The translations under genes and the position numbers were made by a program. Of a stretch of DNA of 64,000 bases, positions 46,736-58,868 are shown in pieces. The first letter of the stretch is position 1, and the number at the start of each line of letters is the position of its first letter. Under the pieces are notes generated by a model. That model was not told where the DNA came from, ran no database searches, and saw nothing but the letters and a program-made list of their open reading frames with translations. The DNA comes from Octopus sinensis. Its lineage: Eukaryota. The stretch covers positions 10,292,001 through 10,356,000 of the forward strand of contig NC_043020.1 in NCBI RefSeq assembly GCF_006345805.1. Reading direction: 5' to 3'.

Positions 46736-48010
46736 TTACCATCCCTGTTGTATTCCTGTGGAACTTGGACTTGTCATGAAAGGCATTTTAAACTGTTAGA
46801 AAAATTCCACCAAAAATGCCTTCATCGCATTTTAAAAATTATATGGAGTTCTTTTACTCCAAACACAGACGTCCTTGCATCTGCAGGTATCACCTCAATT
46901 AAAGCTGTGATTTTGAGGAACCAATTGAGATGTTGTGGCAGGAGTGGCTGTGTGGTAAGTAGCTTGTTTACCAACCACATGGTTCTGGGTTCAGTCCCAC
47001 TGCGTGGCACCTTGGGCAAGTGTCTTCTACTATAGCCTTGGGCCGACCAAAGCCTTGTGAGTGGATTTGGTAGACGGAAACTGAAAGAAGCCTGTCGTAT
47101 ATATGTATATATATATATATATATGCATGTGTGTGTGTGTCTGTGTTTGTCCCCCTAGCATTGCTTGATAACCGATGCTGGTGTGTTTGCATCTCCGTCA
47201 CTTAGCGGTTTGGCAAAAGAGACCGATAGAATAAGTACTAGGCTTACAAAAGAATAAGTCCCGGGGTTGAGTTGCTCGACTAAAGGTGGTGCTCCAGCAT
47301 GGCCGCAGTCAAATGACTGAAACAAGTAAAAGAGTAAAAAAAAGAGTAAAATAATATTGTTCGAATAGCAGATGAACGCATGCTGAAACAGCTATTTTAT
47401 GGTTATCTTGCAGAGGGGAAACGCTATCGGCGTAAACCTAAAAAAGGTTCAAGGACAGCATAGGGACTACTATGAAGTCGCTTGGAATGGTTTCAGAAAA
47501 TATAGAAACCCTTGCTTTGGATTGAGTTGGATGGTGAACAAAAGTGTGGAGTGGAGTGAAAGCATTTGAAGAGACCAGGATAACTCAAGTATGACTCAAA
47601 AGAGATCTAAGGAAGAATGTAACAATCAAGAAGGCAAATGACAATGACCTTTTTGTGTGCAGAGTCTCTGATAGGCCATGTCTGGCTTTTGCTGGCCTCA
47701 AATCTCATTTGCGAACCCATGGAAAACAAAGCTCCACCAACTATTCTGACTATATGTCTGTGCACACCTTTGAATGCAGTGTATGCCAAAAGGTTTGCAA
47801 ATCCAATGGAGACCTCAAAAGACATGTTAAGATCCTGAAAGAGCAGAACTTATCTGCAGGTATTGGTAATCCAAATCAGAGGTGCAATCTACGTGGGTGT
47901 CTTTTCTGAACATTGTCTGGTTTAAAAAGCCACATCAGACACCGTGATGGTGCTCAGGTGTAGGTACAGGAAGTGGTCAAACTCTGTATAAGGAGTAGAC
48001 AACCACCATA
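46736..48010 (+). mobile_element. RTE (BovB-like) LINE 3' part with three decayed C2H2 fingers, split by SINE-B
   Basis: LLYSCGTWT..LEKFHQKCLHRILKIIW..LRNQLR|HIVRIADERMLKQLFYG..GKR..KRFKDS, then three CX2CX12HX3H-like motifs at 47658-47945. Confidence 0.88.
46937..47350 (+). mobile_element. SINE-B inserted in the RTE ORF2
   Basis: RTE reading frame resumes across it. Confidence 0.9.
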
Positions 48011-48031
48011 TAAATATTTATCATGGATATT

Positions 48032-48438
48032 AGGTGTGGCTGTGTGGTAAGTAGCTTGCTAACCAACCACATGGTTCCGGGTTCAGTCCCACTGCGTGGC
48101 ATCTTGGGCAAGTGTCTTCTGCTATAGCCCCGGGCCGACCAATGCCTTGTGAGTGGATTTGGTAGACGGAAACTGAAAGAAGCCTGTCGTATATATGTAT
48201 ATATATATGTGTGTATGTGTGTTTGTGTGTGTGTGTTTGTCCCCCTAGCATTGCTTGACAACCAATGGTGGTGTATTTACGTCCCCGTCACTTAGCGGTT
48301 CGGCAAAAGAGACCGATAGAATAAGTACTGGGCTTACAAAGAATAAGTCCCGGGGTCGATTTGCTCGACTTAAGGCGGTGCTCCAGCATGGCCGCAGTCA
48401 AATGACTGAAACAAGTAAAAGAGTAAAGAGTAAAGAGT
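48032..48438 (+). mobile_element. SINE-B
   Basis: Family consensus. Confidence 0.9.
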
Positions 48439-48992
48439 ATACATCTATATTACACACATACTTATATAGTATGTATGTATATATATATTTATCTGTATAC
48501 ACATATATAGTATATATGTATATGTATATTATATATATATATATATATATATAGTTAATTAAAAAAATGGAGAAAAAGTCAACAAGAAAAAGCAACAATG
48601 CGTGGACGTAGTTCATGTAAAGTAATAATAAGATGCTCAGAGAAGGAAAAGAGTGGTTGTTTTACATTTTGAGCATAGCTCTTGTTCGGAAACAGGAAAC
48701 ATGGGAATGAAAAGGAAGAAAAAGGAAAAAATAAATTACCAAGAATCCATGTGTAATTACATTTTTGAAATGACTGGAAGTAGAACGACAAAAAGAAAGT
48801 GTTTTCTGGGATAGGAGAGTATGAAGAATGGTTAGTATCTGTGTGTGTATGTATGTGTGTGGCAGTAACTGAGTGTGTGTGTGTTGTGTGTGGGTGTGTG
48901 GTGGTAACTGTATGTGTGTGCACGTGTCTGTGTAGTGGCATGTGTATGTGTGTATATGATAGCGTGTGTGTGTGTGTATGCATGTGTGCGTG

Positions 48993-49026
<34 letters not shown>

Positions 49027-49445
49027 GTGTGTGTGTGTGCTATTAACTGTTTGTATGTGTTTGTGTAAGTAATCTCTATGTGTGTGTGTGTTGTGTGTGT
49101 GTGTGTGCTATTAACTGTTTGTATGTGTTTGTGTAAGTAATCTCTATGTGTGTGTGTGTGTGCACTATTGCTGTAGTGAGAGATCAACAGCTATTACTGA
49201 CAGGTGTGTGTATGGGTGGATGTGACAGTGTGTAGGTGTGTTATAGCATGTGTGCATGGATGGAATAGTCAATAGTGAATTGAGGCTGTCTGAAGTAATC
49301 TGAAGGGTGTGTGAAAGGGTGGATGTGGATGAGGGCTCAGAGTGGAGTAAGTATTTTAATGCAAGTACTCTGTAGCTAAAATATAGAATAATAGAGACTT
49401 GATATGTTAAAAAAAAAGATTTACTAATCTTTTCTATCACACCAG

Positions 49446-49527
49446 CTGGTCCGATTCTGTAATGATGAGGCTCTCGGGGGCCTCACAACCACAACAACTA
49501 AAATGTTTGAGGCTGATCCAGATTTCA
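49446..49527 (+). CDS. TTC38: TTC38 homolog, exon 3 (LVRFCNDEALGGLTTTTTKMFEADPDF)
   Basis: Branch-like TACTAAT, acceptor CACCAG, donor GTGAGT, 82 nt (phase 0 to 1). Aligns to recalled [27 protein letters not shown]. Confidence 0.95.
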
Positions 49528-50104
49528 GTGAGTAATTAATTTAATTTTTTAAAAATTTAATTTTGAATAATTAGCTTAAAAAAGAACAACACACTGTCAC
49601 GTTCCTGTATCGATCTAAAGGGTACTTTTGTCAATTGTTGCAGTATCTGTTGTTCTTGTTGTCCTGTGTATCTGTTGTTGTTGTTGTTGTTATTTGGTCC
49701 CAGCTTGGCCCTGACCGTGCAGACCTATGATCAAAGGTAATCCAGCTTCAGTTATTGTCCCCTTTGCTCAGTCCCACCCTCTGCAGTACTTTGCTCAAGT
49801 GTATTCTACTATTGACTCGAGCTGCCAGATGTCTTGTGAGCGATCTTGGCTGACAAAAATTATATTAACCCTTTAGCATTTAAACTGGTCATATTTGGCC
49901 AGGAGTATTCTGCCTGTTTTATGTTCAAACTAGCCAGATCTGGTCTCTCACACCAACCCTACAATATCGTTTTAAAAATTAACAGCTACCTCATCATAAT
50001 CTCATAGCTACAAGATAATGCATGATTAGTTCAAAGCAGTGTGGATAAAAAAGGATTAATTTTGGCAGAATAATGCGAACACTAAAGGGTTAAGCCCTTC
50101 ATAT

Positions 50105-50425
50105 CATCATCATCATCATCATCATCGTTTAATGTCCACTTTCCATGCTAGCATGGGTTGGACAGTTCAACTGGGGTCTGGGAAGCCCGAAGGCTGCACC
50201 AGGCCAGTCAGATCTGGCAGTGTTTCTACAGCTGGATGCCCTTCCTAACGCCAACCACTCCGTGAGTGTAGTGGGTGCTTTTTATGTGCCACCGACACAG
50301 GTGCCATATGAGGCTGGCGAACGGCCACGCTTGGATGGTGCTTTTTACGTGCCACCGGCACGGAGGCCAGGCGAGGCTGGCAACGGTCACGATTGGATGG
50401 TGTTTGTTACGTGCCACCAGCATGG
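50105..50425 (-). mobile_element. Family D copy
   Basis: Same tail and motif as above. Confidence 0.8.
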
Positions 50426-50598
50426 AGATATATATGTATATATGTGTGTGTTGGTGTGTTTAAAGATATATATATATACATTACAGATATAGGGTGAAAG
50501 ATAATTAATTTAATAAAATCAACAAATTTCACCTAGTAGTTTTTCGGTATGGAAAAGGACCATATTCGTTAAAAACTTATACAAAAAGTTTTTTTTTT

Positions 50599-50706
50599 AT
50601 ATATAATTATAACAATAAGGGTTTTGCAACAAGATGCTTGACCACATACCAAATTTCTAAAATTTTTGGTATGTGGTCAAGCAACTTGTTGCAAAACCCT
50701 TATTGT

Positions 50707-50718
<12 letters not shown>
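50599..50718. repeat. Near-perfect hairpin (~55-bp arms), likely inverted Penelope terminal repeat
   Basis: AATTATAACAATAAGGGTTTTGCAACAAGATGCTTGACCACATACCAAA and its reverse complement. Adjacent decayed hammerhead-like motif at 50520-50570 (-). Confidence 0.85.
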
Positions 50719-50748
<30 letters not shown>

Positions 50749-50789
50749 TATATATATATATATATTCTATATATAATATTATAATATAT

Positions 50790-51109
50790 CACCACCATTA
50801 TAGGTGTCTACTCTTTGAACCCCCCTCTTCAATACGCTATTCACCATGCATTACCCCTCTCTCGATATCCTACGTTCTACTTGCCTAGAACCTGTCCTCT
50901 GACCACCCCTCCCACTGGTGCTCCCCTATATTTCTGCACCCCCCCCCACCACCATTATAGGTGTCTACTCTTTGAAGCCCCCTCTTCAATACGCTATTTC
51001 ACCATGCATTACCCCTCTCTCCTCGATATCCTACGTTCTACTTGCCTAGTACCTGTCCTCTGAACCACCCCTCCCACTGGTGCTCCCCTATATTTCTGCA
51101 CCCCCCCCC
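50790..51109. repeat. Tandem duplication of a ~160-bp unit
   Basis: CACCACCATTATAGGTGTCTACTCTTTGAA..TTTCTGCACCCCCCCC occurs twice (50790, 50947). Confidence 0.9.
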
Positions 51110-51111
51110 AT

Positions 51112-51345
51112 AAAAAGCACCATCCGAACGTGGCCGATGCCAGACCCCTCTGGCACCTGTGCAGGTGGCACGTAAAAAACACCCACTACACTCGCGGAGT
51201 GGTTGGCGTTAGGAAGGGCATCCAGCTGTAGAAACACTGCCAGACTAGACTGGAGCCTGGGGCAGTCCCGAGCTCCCCAGACCCCGGTCGAAACCGTCCA
51301 ACCCGTGCTAGCGCGGAAAACGGACGTTAAATGATGATGATGATA
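51112..51345 (+). mobile_element. Family D copy, 5'-truncated
   Basis: GGAAGGGCATCCAGCTGTAG..GGACGTTAAATGATGATG. Confidence 0.8.
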
Positions 51346-51347
51346 GT

Positions 51348-51585
51348 TAATCCAAACAAGAAAGCACAAAAAAACATAACAACGCGAGGACGTGGAACAA
51401 ATATAGTATTATTGGACGCTCAGGAAAGAAGGAAAGAAGGAGGGTTTAACGTTTCGAGCGGAGCTCTTCGTTGGAAACATAGGAGAAGGAAAGATCCAGA
51501 GAAGAGAAGACAGAGAAAAAAAAATCGCCAACGGTACACACGAGGTCACATTTTGAAAGACCGGAAGGAAAAGGGTATATATATC
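51348..51585 (-). mobile_element. Family K second copy
   Basis: Reverse complement of 42940-43160. Motif at 51444-51478. Confidence 0.65.
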
Positions 51586-51948
51586 TATATATAGGTATAT
51601 ATAGATATATATATATATGATTTCAATGGAGGCAATATCAGCAGAAAACTAGAGGAACATGACCTATTATCCAATAGAATATTCAATATATATGTGCACT
51701 CCATTGAAATATTGCTTCCATGGAAATCATAAATTGGAAATTAGCTCAATTAGAGCACTTTAATTCTCGCCTGTTTCTGAGTATTGTTAAATTTGACAAT
51801 CTCTACTTAAAATTGTATAATTTATACATATATATACATATATATATATATAAGTATATATATATATAGATATATATAGCAGTAATACACATCGTTGATT
51901 GAGTTATAACTTTTCCTCTTCTCTCTGGGAGCGACATTCAAAGTGTTA

Positions 51949-52314
51949 TCTCTCTCTATATAAACGGCAAAATGTCTGTGTGCGTGTCCTTTATACAAAT
52001 CCACAATTTGTCAGTTAGAGGGCTCGCACTTTCTATAGTCATTCAAAAGCATCCAAGGGTGGTCGTGCACATCTTTACATTTCCCCCAGTCACCCCCGCA
52101 AAGCCATTAAAAAATCAATAGAAGTGACTTTTTTGTGAATTTTCTATCCAAAATCCAATCAAAATGCCCGAAACTTGATATGCCAATTGAATGCCAGCTA
52201 GCTGTATGTGATTGGTCGGAGATTTGGACAGTACTCGCGTGTATGTGCGCATGCACGCAGCTGTATATGCATGCACTAGCACTATAACTCGGCGTTGTTG
52301 GGTCATAGTGCTAG
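51949..52314 (+). mobile_element. Non-autonomous Helitron, family H2
   Basis: A|TCTCTCTCTATATAAACGGC start. The 3' end GCACTAGCACTAT..GGGTC..GCTAG|T resembles the 32768 end. Confidence 0.8.
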
Positions 52315-52734
52315 TTATATATATAGATTTACTCCTTCTGTATGTGTGTATTTTATAAGAAAAAAACATGTTGTAATTGAAGTGGAAAAAGAATCAATTT
52401 CATACATGAACTTCTGTTTGTTTATTATATGATAATAATAAGTGAGTTGTATGTGTTATTTTATATATCAATGCAGTAATGCCTAAGTAGTGTCAATATT
52501 TTATTGTCAAAAAGAAACAGAGATAAAACCCAGTGCAGTATACTCAAATCTGATTAATCTGCATCTGGGTGGTGGGGGGCATAGTTGGCCCCAGAAATAT
52601 TTTTTAGTCAACAGCAATTTGAGGAGCCTAATTAATGTTTGTTGCAAATTTGAAGGAAAGCAACTGGATACTCTTCAAGTTACAGACCTTAATGCCATGA
52701 AAATGTTTTAAAAATGCAGTTTATCTGCCCTTGG

Positions 52735-52847
52735 GCCTGCAATTAGGCAAGAAGTTGAAAATTTTTTTAGCCCATGACACTCCATGGACCCTATGTGGAT
52801 CTCGAATTTTAACAACATGACTAATACACAGACAGACACACATCCTG

Positions 52848-52880
<33 letters not shown>
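52735..52880 (-). mobile_element. Helitron 5' portion (same family as the 35300-35471 end)
   Basis: TAGGCAAGAAGTTGAA..TTAGC..ATGACACTCC..GGACCCTA..CACAGACAGACACACAT..TTTTATATATA is shared with 35310-35471. Confidence 0.55.
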
Positions 52881-53174
52881 CTAGCAGTATCGCTCGGGTT
52901 TGTAAGGGAAATAACTATATAAGCATTTTTAGAAAGTTACTTCCCTTATATAATAGCAAAAAAAATGCATTAAAAATGGGAAAAAATGATGGTAAATTTT
53001 TTTTTAAATCGTAGGCTCATCGTAGACGCGCGCTAATACCCAGAAGGGCTCAATATGAATCATGACTATAAGATACTCGCTTTTGGTTAAACTGCACCGC
53101 AAAATATGGGAGTAGTTAGGAATCTAAATCGTACGAGACAGACACTCACACAACTTCACTTTTATATATAAAGA
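52881..53174 (-). mobile_element. Helitron H1 with the 3' hairpin partly deleted
   Basis: Collinear with the 17269 copy. CGCCCGGCGTTGCTCGGG is reduced to CGCTCGGG. Confidence 0.85.
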
Positions 53175-53186
53175 TATACATATATA

Positions 53187-53220
53187 CTAGCAGGCATAAC
53201 CGGCATTGCCCAGGCTGTTT
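53187..53220 (-). mobile_element. Helitron 3' end of another family
   Basis: Minus strand GCCTGGGCAATGCCGGTTATGCCTGCTAG|T. The other end was not found. Confidence 0.45.
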
Positions 53221-54200
53221 GGTAAGTATGCCTGTTTGGTTATTAGACCATTCACAGATGCACCTCTGAACTGAATGAAAGAAATCATAATGGCAGATGT
53301 TTCCTGCATTGTTTGATTTACTTAGCTCAATAGTGAACTTGCAGAGTCATACACCCACACCATTGTCATTGTTTTCCATTGGGACAGTAGGTCGATCTGT
53401 AAAAAAACCGGCAGTAATTGAGTATATTTTCCTTACCACATAATTGCTGACAGGAATTACAACTGTGTTTCATGGTCTGCTACCACAACAGCTCCTTTAT
53501 AGGATCCAGTTAACTCAAGACATCATCAGGAGGAACCACGTCCGGTTTTGGCCCCCTACTCCTCTACCGTTTTGACATGGCGGGGTCCCCACTTTCAGAG
53601 GTGTCTTCAGCTCTGGTGTTGGGTGCATGTCTTCTTTCTTCTGTTCCCTGGCCTCTTTGATGTATCGTGAGCGAGTGTCAGCCGGTTACTGACTGTCTTG
53701 TCAAATTTTTCTCTTTAAATACCTGCCGCATAGGCTCCAGCAAACAGCCCCAGCAAGTTGTCACGTGACACTGTCTCACCTTAACTGACTTGTGAAGGCG
53801 CATAGTTTTAGCCTGCGCTTTTCGTAAACGACCATCACCTGTCAGTCAGCTTGTCTCACCTAATGATGTTATTTCCTGTCGGCGTATTTATGACTTTCAA
53901 GCCATTTTCTGTCTTCCCGCTTCAGCCATATATAGAAGCTGGCTTTTTCGACCGCCTCCTGTTTAGCAGATGGAAAGGATGAGCCTAAAGATATGGTGTA
54001 AAGAGAAATAGTATGTTCACCTGTTGCACATACAACTGGGTTGTACATACAACATTATCTGAATAAAAAATTTGATGTATGGCCTGTGCAGCAAAGATGA
54101 AAAGTGTAGTATATGATGCCTACCTCACAATCGGGGGCGCTTAACAGAGAGCATGCTGTGAAGATTACACTAATTAAATAAATAAGGGGATAAGGGTATC

Positions 54201-54433
54201 AAAGGTGGCGCGCTGGCAGAAATGTTAGCACGCCGGGCGAAATGCGTAGCCGTATTTCGTTTGCCGTTACGTTCTGAGTTCAAATTCCGCCGAGGTTGAC
54301 TTTGCCTTTCATCCTTTCGGGATCGATAAATTAAGTACCAGTTACGCACTGGGGCGATGTAATCGACTTGATCCGTTTGTCTGTCCTTGTTTGTCCACTC
54401 TGTGTTTAGCCCCTTGTGGGTAATAAAGAAATT
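54201..54433 (+). mobile_element. SINE-C
   Basis: Family consensus, followed by GGTATT. Confidence 0.88.
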
Positions 54434-54658
54434 GGTATTGTTAGCTGATGTTTTCCTGTTTGCCGAATAGAGCAACATCTGTTATTGTCTTTCTCCTGTA
54501 GTCTCATTAGCATGTGCAGCAGCAATTGCTGCAACATCTTTTGTAAGTTGACCTGTGCTTTGGGCTGCAGTCTCTGCAGCTCGTGCAGAAGCAGTAGAGA
54601 AAGAATTTCTTGTTTAGTGTGCTGAATGTTGCTTGTTGCTTCAGGGGTGGCTCATTGT

Positions 54659-54819
54659 GAGTGGCTGTGTGGTAAGTAGCTTGTTTACCAACCACGTGGT
54701 TCCTGGTTCAGTCCCACTGCATGGCACCTTGGGCAAGTGTCTTCTACTATAGCCTCAGGCCGACCAAAGCCTTGTGAGTGAATTTGGTAGACAGAAACTG
54801 AAAAAAAGCCCATCGTATA

Positions 54820-54868
<49 letters not shown>

Positions 54869-55088
54869 TTGTGTGTCTGTGTTTGTCCCCCTAGCATTGC
54901 TTGACAACCGATGCTGGTGTGTTTATGTCCCCCGTTACTTAGCAGTTCGGCAAAAGAGACCGATAGAATAAGTACTGGGCTTACAAAAGAATAAGTCCCG
55001 GGGTCGAGTTGCTCGATTAAAGGCGGTGCTCCAGCATGGCCGCAGTCAAATGACTGAAACAAGTAAAAGAGTAAAAGAGAAAGAGTAA
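54659..55088 (+). mobile_element. SINE-B
   Basis: Family consensus. Confidence 0.9.
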
Positions 55089-55263
55089 GTGTAATACGTG
55101 GTAACCAATGACAATGCTGCTCTTCTCTTCCTCTTCTTCATGCTGAAGCCATCCTAAGTGCATTGAGAGAGTTCTTCCTGGCGGTGTCCTCAGCAGATTC
55201 ATTTGCATACATACATTTACTTTGCTTTGCAGTATTTGTTTGCCAACCTATATTGGATCTTTG

Positions 55264-55495
55264 GCGGCGAGCTGGCAGAAACGTTAGCACGCCGGGCGAA
55301 ATGCGTGGCCGTATTTCGTCTGTCGTTACATTCTGAGTTCAAATTCCGCCAAGGTCGACTTTGCCTTTCATCCTTTCGGGGTCGATAAATTAAGTACCAG
55401 TTTCGCACTGGGGTCGATGTAATCGACTTAATTCCTTTGTCTGTCTTTGTTTGTCCCCTCTATGTTTAGCCCCTTGTGGGTAGTAAAGAAATAGG
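55264..55495 (+). mobile_element. SINE-C
   Basis: TSD TATTGGATCTTTGGCG (55251-55266, 55496-55511). Confidence 0.9.
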
Positions 55496-55522
55496 TATTG
55501 GATCTTTGGCGTTATGGCAAAA

Positions 55523-55609
<87 letters not shown>

Positions 55610-55620
55610 TATATGTATAT

Positions 55621-56026
55621 CTGGCAGAAACGTTAGCACGCCGGGCAAAATGCTTAGCGGTATTTCGTTTGCTGCTACGTTCTGAGTTCAAATTCCGCCG
55701 AGGTCGACTTTGCCTTTCATCCTTTCGGGGTCGATAAATTAAGTACCAGCTACGCACTGGGGTCGATGTAATCGACTTAATACCTATGTCTGTCCTTGTT
55801 TGTCCCCTCTGTGTTTAGCACTTTGTGGGTAATAAAGAAATAGGTATTTCGTTTGCCGCTACGTTCTGAGTTCAAATTCCGCCGAGGTTGACTTTGCCTT
55901 TCATCCTTTCGGGGTCGATAAATTAAGTACCAGTTACGCACTGGGGTCAATGTAATCGACTTAATACCTATGTCTGTCCTTGTTTGTCCCCTCTATGTTT
56001 AGCTCCTTGTGGGTAATAAAGAAATA
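55621..56026 (+). mobile_element. SINE-C dimeric array
   Basis: Junction AAATA|GGTATTTCG at 55843. Confidence 0.88.
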
Positions 56027-56280
56027 TGTATATATATCAGATGCTGGTATGGTTGTGTAGTTAAAAAAATCTTTCTTCTTAACCATGTAATCTTGAGTTC
56101 AATCCTACTATACGGCACTGTGCACAAACATCTACCACTGGATCAACCAAAGCCTTGTGAGTGGATTTGGTGCTTGGAAAGAAAGTTTTCTATCTTTGGG
56201 TGTTAATATGTATAAAGTTGCTGATTTCAGTTTATTCTCCTTTTGTTGAGTTGTTTTCATTTTCTATTTCAAAAATCCAG

Positions 56281-56452
56281 TCATGGGACATGTTTTCCAG
56301 AAGGGTCTTGCTATTCTCTCACCAAACCAAAATTTACTTGGAAACACAAGTTTCCAAGAAGAAGTCAAGCAACTAAAGGAATTGTCAAAAGCTGCCACTG
56401 TTACACCATGGGAGGCACTTCATGTTGATGCTATTGAATGTGGTGCCAAAGG
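56281..56452 (+). CDS. TTC38: TTC38 homolog, exon 4 (IMGHVFQKGLAILS...WEALHVDAIECGAKG)
   Basis: Acceptor ATCCAG, donor GTAAGT, 172 nt. Frame is continuous with exon 3 (A|TC = Ile). Aligns to recalled VMGHAMATGL...REQLHVSAVETFANG. Confidence 0.95.
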
Positions 56453-56754
56453 GTAAGTAAATAAGGAACAAAGTTTAATATGGATAAAAAGCTAGAACTG
56501 GTGTGTCTGATGCAGTACAAAAACTGACCAAAATTTAGAATTTAATTTGAACTTATCACTGTTAGCTAAGTAAACTAGCCTTAAAAAAAAAGTAATTTTT
56601 AAGCAATTCTCCACGCTTATATAAACAAATGTTTGATTCTATTTAATGATTTAGCGATTCAGTTGTTAAACTCTTTAAAACACAGGTACAGTGAGTTTAT
56701 AGTTTCTTTGATGAGGCCAAATTAGTGTGAAATAACTACAGAGTTATCTTCTCA

Positions 56755-57110
56755 TCATTATCATAATCATCGTCATCATTTGGCATCCATTTTCCATCAG
56801 GAATGTGTTGGATAGTTTGACAGGATCTGACAATCAAGAGGACTGCGTTAAGCTCCTATGTCTGTTCTGGCATAATTTCTATGGCTGGATGCCGTTCCTA
56901 ATGCCAGCCACCATAGAGAGTGTACTGGGGTGCTTTTGCATGTCACTAGCATGAGTAAGGTCACTAGGTAACTTGCATGATGAGACTCCTTGACTAACTG
57001 GGGGTATAGTATTAAGGAAGATGGCTTTGTGCTGGGTGTTATGAGGCTAATGAATAATAGAGGTACAAAACCAAGTGTCTTACTGTAAGGGAGATACATG
57101 GCTACCCCAG
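56755..57110 (-). mobile_element. Older D-like RTE 3'UTR fragment
   Basis: Degenerate (CAT)n and GGCTGGATGCCGTTCCTAATGCCA motif. Confidence 0.5.
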
Positions 57111-57382
57111 TAGGAAGGGGCGATAAAGTGCCAGGATATACTCTCAAGGGACAGAAGGTGAAATTATGAGAGAAAAGGGACAGATAATTAAGAATTGATT
57201 GCTGTTGATGGGAATGACCAATTCTAAATTCTATTGGATTTTACTCATAAGGTATTGGAATATTAAATGTATACCATTCTGCCGTAAAAAAAAATGCAAT
57301 ATCCCTACATATCTCACATCTATTTTCTTTTCTATTTTATATCTTATCTAAATTAACTTATTCTTAACCATCCTCTCACACC

Positions 57383-57430
57383 GTCTCTGATGAAGGGATA
57401 TAATAAATGTGCTGGAAACAGTTGTAAGAC
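57383..57430 (+). ncRNA. Minimal hammerhead-like motif (decayed stem II) at the end of an AT-rich PLE-like repeat
   Basis: GTCT-CTGATGA..GAAA-CAGTTG-TA-AGAC. Stem I is 4 bp perfect; stem II pairs poorly. Confidence 0.4.
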
Positions 57431-57608
57431 CTGGCCTGGAATGTATCCAGGACCACAAAGCAATGAAAATGGATTGAGAAGTGAAGCAGGTGGATCTAGT
57501 TGGTGTGGCTTGAATTGGAACCTGACCATAATAATTATAATAATCTGCAAAATTTCATAAAAACTATATTTTTCAGAAAGTTATAAAGCACTCTTCCTGC
57601 ACCTCTTA

Positions 57609-58025
57609 TACTCTTTTACTCTTTTACTCTTTTACTTGTTTCAGTCATTTGACTGCGGCCATGCTGGAGCACCGCCTTTAATCGAGGAACTCGACCCCGG
57701 GACTTATTCTTTGTAAGCCCAGTACTTATTCTATCGGTCTCTTTTTGCCGAACCACTAAGTAACGGGGACGTAAACACACCAGCATCGGTTGTCAAGCAA
57801 TGCTAGGGGGACAAACACAGACACACAAACACACACACGCATATATATATATATATATATACATATATACGACGGGCTTCTTTCAGTTTCCGTCTACCAA
57901 ATCCACTCACAAGGCTTTGGTCAGCCCGAGGCTATAGTAGAAGACACTTGCCCAAGGTGCCACGCAGTGGGACTGAACCCGGAACCATGTGGTTGTTTAG
58001 CAAGCTACTTACCACACAGCCACTC
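57609..58025 (-). mobile_element. SINE-B
   Basis: Family consensus. Confidence 0.9.
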
Positions 58026-58176
58026 TCTCTCTGTCTTTCCTTTACTCACTTTTTCCTCCTCCTCTCTCTCTATAGTGACAGGAGGAGATATCAACAAACC
58101 AATCAACCAACATTTATATCAATTATTATCAAATTGAACATGCTTGTCCTCTTTAACAAAATTTTTGATGAAACGG

Positions 58177-58820
58177 AGGAGTGGCTGTGTGGTAAGTAGC
58201 TTGCTAACCAACCACATGGTTCCGGGTTCAGTCCCACTGCGTGGCATCTTGAGCAAGTGTCTTCTGCTATAGCCCCAGGCTGACCAATGCCTTGTGAGTG
58301 GATTTGGTAGACAGAAACTGAAAGAAGCCTGTCGTATATATGTATATATATATATATATATGTATATGTAAACAGTAAATAATAAATACAAACATGGACA
58401 AGAACGTGAAACACCAAGGAGACGACACAAGAACCACAGGACGGGACATTCGAAGCCCTCAGTCATCAGTCAAGAACCGGATCATCTTTGCAATTTCGGC
58501 TGATTAATCTTGAGATTGCTCCGATCTGGGCAGCCCCCAAGGGAAATCTAAGCCAAGCGCATTAGATCCCTTGGAAGAAAGCTTCGAATGTATATATATG
58601 TATGTATGTGTGTGTGTCTGTGTTTGTCCCCCTAGCATTGCTTGACAACCGATGCTGGTGTGTTTACGTCCCCGTCACTTAGCGGTTCGGCAAAAGAGAC
58701 CGATAAAATAAGTACTGGGCTTACAAAGAATAAGTCCTGGGGGTCGATTTGCTCGACTAAAGGTGGTGCTCCAGCATGGCCGCAGTCAAATGACTGAAAC
58801 AAGTAAAAGAGTAAGAGTAA
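58177..58820 (+). mobile_element. SINE-B split by a family L insertion
   Basis: 5' half to ~58370, 3' half from ~58590. Confidence 0.85.
58385..58590 (-). mobile_element. Family L copy inserted in the internal (TA)n of a SINE-B
   Basis: Reverse complement of 30622-30820. Confidence 0.75.
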
Positions 58821-58868
58821 ACAAAATTTATGATGATATATTTTACAAGTTTTTCTTTTAATTTTCAG

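Noticed and set aside
53220-54170. Possible decayed GIY-YIG or other coding remnant (RYIKEA, GETS on minus)
   Set aside because: The motifs are too short, in broken frames, with no continuous alignment.
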